A stretch of DNA of 64,000 nt. Origin: an uncultured virus (IMG/VR IMGVR_UViG_3300046536_000804) (taxonomy: Duplodnaviria; Heunggongvirae; Uroviricota; Caudoviricetes). The position numbers and the translations under genes are program-made. The stretch's first letter is position 1. Every line of letters starts with the position of its first letter. Below are positions 18,508 to 29,000 of the stretch, in pieces. A model generated the notes under the pieces. The model saw only the letters and a program-made list of their open reading frames with translations, searched no databases and was not told where the DNA came from. Location of the stretch: IMG/VR virus record IMGVR_UViG_3300046536_000804; one strand, 5' to 3'.

Positions 18508-20871
18508 TTAGGCGTCCTCCTTTTTGACGAACCTCCTTAGATCTTCCGCCAGATCGTTGGAGGAGTCGTGCAGTCGTGGGTGGTTTGACATCAGCGGCGC
18601 GAAGGTCCGCAATAGCTGATCCTGCTCCGGCAGAGTGCACTGGTGATACATCTTGGTCTTGGTGCCGTACAGACCGGGTCGGTGGATCTCGAAGCTGCCG
18701 GACTTGCCCTTCGGATCACTGCCTCGGAAGACTGCCATCGGTTTACCAGATTCGTCGTGGTGGGTCGCCATCCGATGCTGGGGCAACGGATAGACCAACG
18801 ACTCGGCTGGCTCGTCATCATCCCCATCGTCAAAGTTGATCTCGTGGCCAGCCTCGTGCTCCTTCTCTGCGGAGAAGATCTCGTGATCGTCCGGCAGATG
18901 GTACGAGGCGGCTTTGCTGAACTCCGGTTCGGGCGGGGCGTTCATCTGTGCCAGAATCGAGGCCGCCGGCTTGGGTGGCTTCGGGATATCGTTCGTCGCG
19001 GTCCAACCGCGGAGCGGTGCCGCTTTACCGAAGTCGACTGCCCGGGCGAGCGACGGCACGAAGCTGGTGCCTGTCTCATGACTGGTATCACCGCGGTGGG
19101 CGCCGGCCAGCAGACCGCGCTTCAGGTACGAGCCAAGAAGCCTCGTCATCCAGTCCGGATCGTGGGTGAGGTTCTCCATGCCACGAACCATTCGCGGCTG
19201 GAAGGCCGGCGGTTCGGCGTGCACAGATACGTTCTTGACGCCGAACTCATTCAGCTTCTTCACGACCGATGGCCGGACCAACGTGCCGATCGAGTAGTGC
19301 AGGACCGGCTGTTCCAGGTACTTGCCCTTGGCGTAACCGACGGGCACCACCTGGTGGCCTTTACGCGGTTCATAATTGTGTTCGATCGCGTTGTAGGAGA
19401 CCACGTCGCCAGGAAGACGGTCACCCATCTCGTCGGCCAACTCAACATGGTCGATGAGGGCACGAGCCAGGACTTCTACATTGCGGCGGTGTACTGAGAT
19501 ACCGGCGTCTTTGTAGGCCTGAACAAAGGCATTCACGAAGTAGTGACGACCCTCGCCGACACCTTTGTGTTTGACGATCTCGGCCGGATTGGGCAGTCCA
19601 TCCGAGAGAACATCGCCGGCTTCAACTTCTTGGCCGACCTTGATGATCGGGTCGTAGCCTTGCCCGATGTAGTGGTTATGCCCGGAGATCATGACGTAGG
19701 TGCCGCCCTGCGGTGCTGGAGCTATCGATGCAACTTTACCATCCTCCTGAGCGTGTGAGGCGCCACCCTTGAACGTTCGAGGGACTTGAATGTACTGCTC
19801 GATGAGCGGGAATCCAGACGGGCCGACCGGTCGAGAACCCTTGGCCACGCCGCCCGAATGTTTTTCGCTTAAAGCTGCCTGGGTAAGGGGTTCCGACAAT
19901 GCCTGGCTCGCTGCAATGCCGACAAAGTCACCGATCGGTGCTAGGCCGCCCTTCTCCCGATGACCTAGATCTCTTGAGTACAGACCGCTCGCTGGGCCAC
20001 CGACGATCGGACTGCGCACCAGCATGCGTTCGAAGCCTCGGTCACGGATGTCAGCGATGACTTTGGGAGTCAGAACTGTGTTTCTCTCATAGGGTCCAAC
20101 CTTGACCGCCAGCAAAGCTCCCTCGTTATGCGGATCGTCGACCGAGACCGGCAAGCCTCTTGGTGCATCATCAGCGTGTTCGTCATCATCACGATCGACC
20201 GCAGTGACCACCAGCCGGTGAGACGCCTGGTTCAACTGCTTGCTGATCGCTCCGGTGTCACGTACCGACATCTTGGTCGACAGCACACCTTTGCGTGCCC
20301 CGAACGTCCCGGCGAAGTATTCAGCCGGGGAAAGCCCCTGACTGTAGCTATGCAGGATCGGCAACGGGATTGGTCGATTGCGGTGATCCACATAGAGAAG
20401 ATCGCCAGCCCGGAGAGATCGCAGGTTGGTGGGATTGCCGCGGGCACCGGAGATGATCTGCATGCCGAACGGATTGTGCTCGCTCAGGGATTCCCGAAGA
20501 ACGTCGTCGGTCAGCTTGTCGCCGGCTCCAGAGAGGAGATTAACGATGCGTTCGGACTTGGCTGCCTCGTCGAGCTTCTTGTTGGAGTAGATCGATTTGA
20601 TCTGGGCGACAAGCTCGTGCTGGGCACGCCGGCCGGCGACGCTCAGCCGCAGATGTTCGGTGCCGAAGCTGTTGCCACCGGTGAGCTGTGCGGCGTGTTT
20701 GCCGACTTGCAGGAGGTGTTGAGCCACTTCACGATAGGTGTCCGGACCAAGAGCCTCGGCCCTCTTGAGAAGATTCTCCAGGCCTTTCTTGTCGAGCACC
20801 TCATCGAGCCCTTGAAGCTCTGGAGGCAGCCCGCTGTTGACCGCCAAACGACCAATGGTGGTTTTCAGCAT
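18508..20871 (-). CDS. Phage RNA polymerase beta' C-terminal half
   Basis: SGARGN; GLSPAEYFAGTFGARKG...DTG (bridge helix); GDFVGIAASQALSEPLTQAALSEKHSGG (trigger loop); HRRNVEVLAR. Confidence 0.92.
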   Translation of the reverse strand: MLKTTIGRLAVNSGLPPELQGLDEVLDKKGLENLLKRAEALGPDTYREVAQHLLQVGKHAAQLTGGNSFGTEHLRLSVAGRRAQHELVAQIKSIYSNKKLDEAAKSERIVNLLSGAGDKLTDDVLRESLSEHNPFGMQIISGARGNPTNLRSLRAGDLLYVDHRNRPIPLPILHSYSQGLSPAEYFAGTFGARKGVLSTKMSVRDTGAISKQLNQASHRLVVTAVDRDDDEHADDAPRGLPVSVDDPHNEGALLAVKVGPYERNTVLTPKVIADIRDRGFERMLVRSPIVGGPASGLYSRDLGHREKGGLAPIGDFVGIAASQALSEPLTQAALSEKHSGGVAKGSRPVGPSGFPLIEQYIQVPRTFKGGASHAQEDGKVASIAPAPQGGTYVMISGHNHYIGQGYDPIIKVGQEVEAGDVLSDGLPNPAEIVKHKGVGEGRHYFVNAFVQAYKDAGISVHRRNVEVLARALIDHVELADEMGDRLPGDVVSYNAIEHNYEPRKGHQVVPVGYAKGKYLEQPVLHYSIGTLVRPSVVKKLNEFGVKNVSVHAEPPAFQPRMVRGMENLTHDPDWMTRLLGSYLKRGLLAGAHRGDTSHETGTSFVPSLARAVDFGKAAPLRGWTATNDIPKPPKPAASILAQMNAPPEPEFSKAASYHLPDDHEIFSAEKEHEAGHEINFDDGDDDEPAESLVYPLPQHRMATHHDESGKPMAVFRGSDPKGKSGSFEIHRPGLYGTKTKMYHQCTLPEQDQLLRTFAPLMSNHPRLHDSSNDLAEDLRRFVKKEDA

Positions 20872-21238
20872 AGTCCGCTGGTCACTTTCTTTGACCCGAA
20901 GTGAAGGGTTAACACAGGCATATTTTCGACGTTCTTTGACCCGAACGAGAGGGTTACTGATATCCGGATATCAACGGCCTTCCGGTTTCTTCAGGGTCTT
21001 CACGATCACCGTCTTGTTGATCCCGTGATCCTGCAACTGGCTGAAGAAGTCTTCGTCACCAATGTGGAAGGTGGTAACGTGCCCGGGTTGTGGTGAGACC
21101 GAGAACGAAACGGGGTTGCCGAAGTCGTCCAGCACCAGCACCCGTGTTGCTATCACACGGATGGGCCGATTCAGGTGGTCATGGATTTCAACCAGCATCA
21201 GGAGTAATCCGCTTTCGTCTTTCACCCGACGAAGAGGG

Positions 21239-22108
21239 TTAGATCGCCCGGGCTCGACGCGCCAGGAAGATCTTATTGATCGCCGCGGCTTTGCTGCGGA
21301 CCTTCGAGCTGGCGGTGATACACGGTGTGCCAGGCCCGCACGCCTTGCCATAGATGGCCTCGTCTTCGCTCTTCTTCTCGACCACCGGCTCCTCCATCAG
21401 CAAGTCCTCGAGGACTGCTTCGCGGTCCTTGATCGCCGCATAGAGTCGCAGGACGTCCGAGGCTTCCTTGAGGATGAACGCCGCAGCCTCCGCCGGACGC
21501 ATGGCCGAGGCTTGCTTGGGCATCGGCGACGCCGACTGGATCGGTTCGATCGGCTGAATGGCGCCCGGCGTCATCTGCGGGGCCGGCGGCACGTCCGAGC
21601 CGCCCGTCGGGCTGGCGGACGCATTGCCAGTGTTCGGATCGCGGTTCGGACCGTCCAGGATGTCAGGCGGCAGCTCAACACCCTGGCGACGCAGGTAGGC
21701 CAGGAACATCTTCTTGAGCTGGAAAAGGTCGGTGGCAACGACGTTGATGTCCGGCTTGGGTGGTTTGCCACCCGCTCCGGCTCCGCCTGCACCACCTGCA
21801 GCAGGGTTGGCGGTCTGCATCGCCTGCTGGACCGCTTGCTGAACCTTGGCGTCGATATCGCCCATCGGGGCGCCACCACCGGGCATTGGCGGCATACCAC
21901 CGCCGCCCATCATCGCCGGATCAGGCGGAGGACCGCCTGCACCAGGATCGCCACCGGAAGGCGGGCCACCTGCAGGCGGTCCCGGCGGAGGTCCGCCACC
22001 ACCCGGAGCCGGCGGCTGACCGGCGGAGGCTACAGCGTCCGAGGGGACGAAGGCTTGTTTGACGTGGCGACGACGAGCAAGTTCAAGAAGATCGAGATTG
22101 AGTGGCAT
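21239..22108 (-). CDS. Gly/Pro-rich hypothetical protein (probably virion)
   Basis: 289 aa; stop codon overlaps a pseudoknot element. Confidence 0.7.
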   Translation of the reverse strand: MPLNLDLLELARRRHVKQAFVPSDAVASAGQPPAPGGGGPPPGPPAGGPPSGGDPGAGGPPPDPAMMGGGGMPPMPGGGAPMGDIDAKVQQAVQQAMQTANPAAGGAGGAGAGGKPPKPDINVVATDLFQLKKMFLAYLRRQGVELPPDILDGPNRDPNTGNASASPTGGSDVPPAPQMTPGAIQPIEPIQSASPMPKQASAMRPAEAAAFILKEASDVLRLYAAIKDREAVLEDLLMEEPVVEKKSEDEAIYGKACGPGTPCITASSKVRSKAAAINKIFLARRARAI

Positions 22109-22173
22109 AGGGGCCTCACGCGGTATACGAGAGTAACTCGCTCTCAGTATACCGCGCGGCCCGGTTGCCGTGG

Positions 22174-23384
22174 CTAGTCATTATCGGGCAGGTAGTGCCT
22201 GGGATCCATCCCGCAGGCCCTGAGCACGGCGTCTGGGATTCCGTGCTCGTCACCATCGTTGATGTTGTCGTGGTCCATGGTGAAGACTTTGATATCCGCC
22301 GTACTGACGTGCGAATTGGTGAGAACTCCGCCGAATATCTCGCAGACTACATACAACGGTTTTGGCTCCAGGTAGCAGAAACACCGACACTCTGGGCAGT
22401 CACCGGCAGGTATCTCCTCGCCGGGAACCAGCCGCTCGTAAAGGTCGCAGCACTTGCCGAAGGGGGTGAATCCCTCCGACGTGTCTTCACCTTCCCATTC
22501 GCAGTTGTTACATCGGACGATCATGAGCGTACCTCAGTTGGTGAAGCCGGCGATTGCCAGCAGGGCTGCAACGTGACGACCGGCATCAGTGAGAACCCAA
22601 TGGTCCCCGTACGTTTCGATCGGGCAGCGTTCGATCAAGCCGCGACGCTGCAGATAATTGGCCGACGACTTCAACGTCATCGAGAGGCCGGTATTGCGGC
22701 TTTTGGTCTCCTCACTTTTCTTTTCGTAGCCGGCGAAGATCAGCAGCTCAGTTATTGCCCAACTGGTGAGGTTGATGTGGAAGGCCGAAGAGCGTGCATA
22801 CTCGGCAAAGTTGTGGTTAGCCACGGGTTCTCCTGGTTAGTGTCAGATTCAAGAATGTCCAAGATCTTGTTGATCAACACGTCGGCTTCTTCACCCATCG
22901 CCTGCGGTATGGGCTGACTGGCGACATCATCGTCGTCGGTGTAACTGGCAGTAACAGACAGCCACAAAGCCTCGCGACTTATACGCGTTGGCATCGCGAG
23001 GACTTTCGCGTATTCGTTTAGCAAAAGGCTGGCCGTCGGTTCTGTGGCATAACGAAGACGCCAGTCCACAAAGACCGCGAGAACCTGCAGCTCTGTAGCA
23101 CCAGTCAAGGTTGGAAACCTTTCCATCAGTTTGTCGATGCGAATGATCATCGGTATCCAGGCATCGATTGTGCCACCGTCATCGATCCACGGAAGCAGTC
23201 TCGCCAACCATCCCGGGCACATCGGAAGATGGCAGTTGCTCGGTCTGGCTTCTGCATAGCCAGCCAGCCCGGTGAATAGGCACATTCCACCATACTCATT
23301 GCTCCAGGTACCTCTGAGCAGTTGCTTGCTTTCAAGTAGCTTTTTGATAACACCCATGATTTCCCCCAAGGTAAAGACCAACAC
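22174..23384 (-). other. Small hypothetical genes (22174-22524 Cys-rich, 22534-22824, 22752-~23357)
   Basis: Packed ORFs; CxxC pairs in the first. Confidence 0.6.
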
Positions 23385-23415
23385 GGCCGAACCGTTCGGC
23401 CGTGTTGGTTTGATG

Positions 23416-24393
23416 TTACGACACGATCTCGTACGGTTGATGCTTCATCCCGGTGATCTCGGGCAGACCGTTGACCTCTTCCACCTTGGCGCCGTAGAAG
23501 AGAAGCGGGAACTTCGCCGCGACCAGATGGTAGGCCTGAGCATAGATGGCTCGGATCTCCCACTCAGCGTGCCGAGAAGTCCGCACGGTGACGATGTGCC
23601 GAAGCGTTCGGATGTTGAGCGACATGCCGATCTCGTTGGCCTGGCCGTTCGGCGCGATACGGCGGATCGCCGAGGTGATCTTCTTCCGCTTCTCGAAGTC
23701 AAAGCTGTTGTCGGGAACCCATTTCATCTTGTCAGCGACGGGCGTCTTCGACTCGCCCTCCGCAATCGTTATATGCTTGGCTGACAAAGACTCTTGCTCG
23801 TAAACCTCCAGCCACGTCGTGGGGCCGGCATTGGGAAAATCCGGACTCGGCTTTCGTAACCCCAGCTTGCACTCGGACAGGTAGATAACCAGTTCTGTTG
23901 ACTTCAGATGGTCATTCCACAGAGCTGCCACCGGATCGAGAATCGGGTCGAGGATCAGGTTGATCCGGTCAAGACGACAGAACCGACCGCTGGTCTGACT
24001 GTAAGCGGCAATGCGGTGCCTGACCTGCTCGTGCGTGTAAACACGCGAGCAGTTGCGAACGATGAAGTTGATCTGACAGTGCTCAAAGACCGAGCCGTGC
24101 CCGGTATCGAAGCAGCCTCGGAAGTTGTCAGGAATGTCGCGGATGCGACTGACGTTTGTGTTCTTTCCCAGCGTCAAAGACGCATAGCACAATTTTGCGA
24201 ACAGGCTGCACATGATCTCGCCGTCGTGCATACCAGCAGCTCTCGCGGCTGCAACCGATTCGAGGAACTCTTCGTTGCCGGATGCCTTCAGGTAATCCTC
24301 CAGGCCTTCCTGGTAGAGAACCGAAAAGCCGACCATGAAGACCTCCGGTTGGACAAACCGCGTGTACTGCGCATCGTGCAACACATCAGGCAT
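23416..24393 (-). CDS. thyX: Flavin-dependent thymidylate synthase
   Basis: GHGSVFEH and HEQVRHRIAAYSQTSGRF (RHRx-SQxSxR ThyX motif); HAEWEIR. Confidence 0.93.
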   Translation of the reverse strand: MPDVLHDAQYTRFVQPEVFMVGFSVLYQEGLEDYLKASGNEEFLESVAAARAAGMHDGEIMCSLFAKLCYASLTLGKNTNVSRIRDIPDNFRGCFDTGHGSVFEHCQINFIVRNCSRVYTHEQVRHRIAAYSQTSGRFCRLDRINLILDPILDPVAALWNDHLKSTELVIYLSECKLGLRKPSPDFPNAGPTTWLEVYEQESLSAKHITIAEGESKTPVADKMKWVPDNSFDFEKRKKITSAIRRIAPNGQANEIGMSLNIRTLRHIVTVRTSRHAEWEIRAIYAQAYHLVAAKFPLLFYGAKVEEVNGLPEITGMKHQPYEIVS

Positions 24394-24420
24394 GGGTACT
24401 CCTTAGGTAGTTGACAGGGA

Positions 24421-26058
24421 TCACTCCGACGCGACGATCGCCTCGGCTTTTTTGGCCCGGTTGAGCCGATCGGCTCTTTCCAGATCTTTCTTCGTCAGAC
24501 GCCGGCCGGCAAGCTCGACATTACGGGCATACGTCCCGATGGCCTTGCTGACGAACTGTGCCAGACCACCAGCCGAGTTGTGGAAATTCTCGTAGAACTC
24601 GGGGCTGTGATGGTGCGTCTCCGACGACTCGTCATTGTGCGTCAACTCGTGCAGAAGCACACGACCGATCTCCACCCAGCCGGCGATGTCGGTGCCGGTC
24701 TCCTTCAGAAACTTGCGGTTGAATGCCACATAGGTGCTGCCGTCGGTCCAGGCATGGGCTGTATCGGCTTGCCCGACCATGATCGCTCTGGTCTCTGGCG
24801 GTTCTTCCATTCCGCGGATGAGTTGCTCCTGTGCCGTCTCGATCGTGCGCACGACGATCTTCTCCATGTCAGTCATGTCTTTCGGCGCAACGATGTCGAA
24901 CTTCGTACTCATCGCCTTGACGAGCTGCTCGAAGTTCGTCGCAACGAGCCGATACGCTGCAGAGCTCTGCGTGTGATTGTTCAGCAGCTCGACGAAGTCT
25001 TCGAAACTCTCGGCACCGAACAACGAGACGCATTGCGACGAGAAGACGAACGCAATCTTCTGTTGCATCAGGCGATCACCACGCATGTCGCCTCGATTGG
25101 CAAGCGTAACAAAACGTGTCCGCGACACGAAGTCACGGACGCGGAAGAAGTTGTAGTGGCGGCCGTTTACCGAGGTGAAGATGGGCAGCTTCCCTTGCTC
25201 GTAACTCCAGTCCGTCGAGAACAGTTCTTTGGCGATCCGCTCGCGCTGGGCGTCCGTCATCGGCTTCTTCTTGTCGACCGCATCACGGTCAGACATGATC
25301 TTCAGTTGCTTGACGATGTTGGGCCACACCGGACAGTCGTCCATGATGTCGTTGCGGGCGAAGTTGAGCTTGAGTTGCTTCTTCGCAACGACGATCGCGC
25401 TGATACCGAACTTGTAGGCTCCCCACTCGCAGGTGCGAATGCCGAGATTGAACAACACGCTGCCGCCACTGTCCGCCAGGGAGATGTAGCAGAACTCATC
25501 CTCGTAGTCCCACTTCTTGTCGGCAGGATCCGAACTGATCGGCTTGCCATTCACGAAGACTGGGACTGGCGAATACTTCGCTGCGGCATGCAGACCGTCA
25601 TCGAGAATCCGCCGGTCGACGAGACTCAGCGGCCGGTAAAGCTCGATGTCGATCCGGCACCCGGGCGTCGGCTTGGCGTTCTCCCGAAGCGTGTAGTCGA
25701 GACCCTTGTTCTTGATGTCGACATGCATCTCGAACTTGCCCGTGCGCCAGTGGTTAACCCCGAAGGAGAATAACTGGCCTCGACCCATCCGGAACGTGCC
25801 GAAGATCTTGTTCTCCGCCTCATCATGAGGCTGACCGAACATCTCGAAGAACGATTCGATCTCCTTACGGTTGCGGAATCCTTTCCCATCGTCAGATACG
25901 GTGACGCGAGTTTCGTTGACCGTGATATCGATACGACTCGCTGCCGCATCGATACCGTTCATGATTCCTTCAAGAACGGCTTTGGTGAGAGTACCAGCTT
26001 GCCGCTGGATTACGTCGAAAAGGAGCTTGGGGTGCATTTTGAACGAACGGGTTTCCAC
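24421..26058 (-). CDS. GHKL/HATPase_c ATPase with C-terminal HExxH motif
   Basis: EGIMNGIDA, VSDDGKG and GTFRMGRG ATP-lid motifs; LLHELTH near the C terminus; GTG start at 26058 with GGAGG RBS. Confidence 0.8.
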   Translation of the reverse strand: METRSFKMHPKLLFDVIQRQAGTLTKAVLEGIMNGIDAAASRIDITVNETRVTVSDDGKGFRNRKEIESFFEMFGQPHDEAENKIFGTFRMGRGQLFSFGVNHWRTGKFEMHVDIKNKGLDYTLRENAKPTPGCRIDIELYRPLSLVDRRILDDGLHAAAKYSPVPVFVNGKPISSDPADKKWDYEDEFCYISLADSGGSVLFNLGIRTCEWGAYKFGISAIVVAKKQLKLNFARNDIMDDCPVWPNIVKQLKIMSDRDAVDKKKPMTDAQRERIAKELFSTDWSYEQGKLPIFTSVNGRHYNFFRVRDFVSRTRFVTLANRGDMRGDRLMQQKIAFVFSSQCVSLFGAESFEDFVELLNNHTQSSAAYRLVATNFEQLVKAMSTKFDIVAPKDMTDMEKIVVRTIETAQEQLIRGMEEPPETRAIMVGQADTAHAWTDGSTYVAFNRKFLKETGTDIAGWVEIGRVLLHELTHNDESSETHHHSPEFYENFHNSAGGLAQFVSKAIGTYARNVELAGRRLTKKDLERADRLNRAKKAEAIVASE

Positions 26059-29000
26059 TGTTTCCCTCCATAGAGGACGATAAACTTCGTCGGCTCGTCG
26101 AGTTCGTGCCAGAAGTACGGTAGTACCGCATGTTTCTGCCAGTGAGCCCACGAGCTGATGATCATCCTCTCGAAATCCTCGGGTTTGTTTGTCCAGTCGA
26201 TCACGGCCTCATGACCGCAACCATAGCAATGGGCTTTGCTGCCCGGCTGGAAGCCACCGCGACTGACGAGCAGTTGCGGATCATCGGCGCCGGGATCACA
26301 ACACTTGCACCAACCGATCCACTGGGCGTCTTTGCCAGGGACCGGATAGTCGCTAGGACGGCTGAAATGGGAAGCCAGGTAGTTGAGTATCCTGGTAAGC
26401 ATTTTCATCTCCTTAGTCCATGGCCTCCGAGTAGCAGTCGAAGCAGATATCTCGACCAGACATTCGAACTTCGATGCTGAGGCGGTCGTTGCAACTCTGG
26501 CAGTAGATCGTGTTGCCGTAGCTATCGCGAAGATCTGAGTCAAAGGGCTCGTCAGCATCATCGCCGTCATCCTCACCTCCGCCACCAAACTCGGAGTGGT
26601 CTTTTTCGACGCAGGCTTGGCAGACCTCTCGACCGAACAAGATGGATTCGTACTCGACAGGGCGACCGCACAACATGCACGCGAGGTCTTCGGGATCTCG
26701 ATCCGGCATCACCACGATGATGTTGCCTAACGTCTTCCAAGTCATCGATGTGATAACCTCCATCGACCCGTCCGCGGCGGTCACGCTGTAACCTCGCGAG
26801 CACGACTCGGGTGACTCCAAGCGATACCTCGTACGGTCACCGCCAAAACTGAACTCCCAGTCTCGCAGACCGGCTAGCCAGAGTTCCTTTTGCAGGATCG
26901 CTGGCCCGGTCAGGTTCGTCATCTGGATTGTTAGCGCCCACGGGTTCAGTTCGAACTTGAAAGACATCCCGCTAACAAGCAGACCAACTGGCGTATCGCC
27001 CGTTGTCCATATACCTGGCCACGGTTCACAGGACTTGATCCGAAACACGTTCTCTGCCTCGAAATCGAATGCCCATTTCAACGCGATGAGAGCGTTGTAG
27101 AATCGATACAACGGCAGAGACTGCTCGTACGGGTCCATATCGGTACCTCCAAAAAGTTAACCCCTCTGCGACGCAGTTCGAGGGATGTTGTAAACTTCGC
27201 GTTTTTCCGGCACGATGGGTTGGCTGCCGGACTTCCAGGCCTTCTCAGACTCGTCGATCCGCTTCTTGATGAAGTCCTGATCTTTCATCTGAGTCTTCCT
27301 GTGACTCTGACACACGCAACAGTATTCGTCGCCACCACTCCGATAGCCGCCGCGGCTGATGAACTGCGTCCACTTGGCGCAGTGGAGGCAGAACCCGTTG
27401 ATGAAGGCGTCGAGCCCGACAATTGGATACACAAGCGACGCCATAACTCCCTGAATGAGGTCACCCCAGGCGGTTGTTTGCCGGTAGATTCCACCAGAGA
27501 AAGGATACCGGCCATCCAGGTTGATGGGGCTGATATCGCCGCAACCGAGGATCGAGAAGCCGTAGATCTCGGTCATCTCTTGGAATAACGCTTCACGATA
27601 CTTCTCCAGAACTTCTGGCAAGAAAATCGAGTCCGGCACGTCGATGACGAGAACGTTAAGAGGCAGACGGCAGTCGTCCTCCGGGTCCATGCCGTCGCAG
27701 TCCCATTCGATGTCCGCTAGGCGGATGTGCATTACGATTTACTCCTTGGTTTGGTTGCCAGCCAGTTTTTGAGCAGGTCGCGGACATCATCCGCCTGTTT
27801 GGTAACCCGTCCACACTCAAGCTCTGCCAGCACTGCTCGCATCAACGCGCTGTCAATCAGTTCTTTGTCGTCGATATCGTCGACAACGATAACTTCGACT
27901 GGCTGATTCGCTTTCATAGAGGCCGCCACACCGTCTTCGATGGTGATGACAATGCGAACCGGTTTGGCTGGTGCGATCGATTTTCGCGGACCGCTCGGCG
28001 GTCCTTCCCAATCCACACCGGTCATAATCTGCTTCAAACAGTTGTCGATATGGAAGATAGCGACCTCTTCGTCCGGCTCGTCGCAGGCCTCTTTTCTGGC
28101 AGTCTGAAACTCAGTCTGGAACTCCACACACAACTGCGGTTGCCAGCCGAGTTTTCGAAGCTCTTCCATTTCTACACTGTTAACGGCGCCGACGATCCAG
28201 GCCATGGTTAATCCTCCTCGTTAGTGTCGACAGGTTTGAATGCTTCAGCAACGAGCTTCAGGGCGTCGACGAACCGCGAGCTGCGACCCCTGAATTGATC
28301 GGCCGTCAAGAGCTTCTCGAACAACAAGTCGATCGGAATACGAACTTCGATCCAGAAGTCGTCGTTGGCTTTATCGTCGACGCGAACGGCAAGCTCGTCT
28401 TCCCGAACGATGCAGCTCGCATAGAGCCTTGGTGAGATCGACGCACCGTCGTAGGCATGCCGCCCGGATACCCGGATATCCTCGTCAGCCATCTCCGGTC
28501 TCCTTCGTGAGTTTCCCTCGCAATGCTGCGAGGAGTTTATCGCACTGCTTGCCGGTAGCGAGTGCCTGAACCGCTTTCAGACCTTCCAAAAGCTTCTTCT
28601 TGGTCTTGGCCAGCTCAACCATCGCCTCGAGGACGACGGCCAGAGTATTGGGCGCGACGAGAGCACAGTACACAGCAACTGGCATGTGTTTGCTGGGCAA
28701 CTGGATCTTGTGGTTGCGCACGCCGACCAGATACTCGCTGAACTTTGTCCTGCTGGTGGTGGTTATCGTGGCCGGCATCACGACCGTAGCAGCAGATACA
28801 TCAAACGGTAGGGTCTCTGCGAGGTCGCAGAGCTCTTCTCGCGACATATTGGCCATTAGCTCATCGACGAGCTCTCGCTGGCCATTCAGCGAGATATGAA
28901 AACTGGCGTCCCAGCGGCCGGCATCGGCGAGCTGGGACATGGGCACGATTGCGACTTTCACATTACCCCCTAGTGATAGATGGTCTTCGTATCGGATTTG

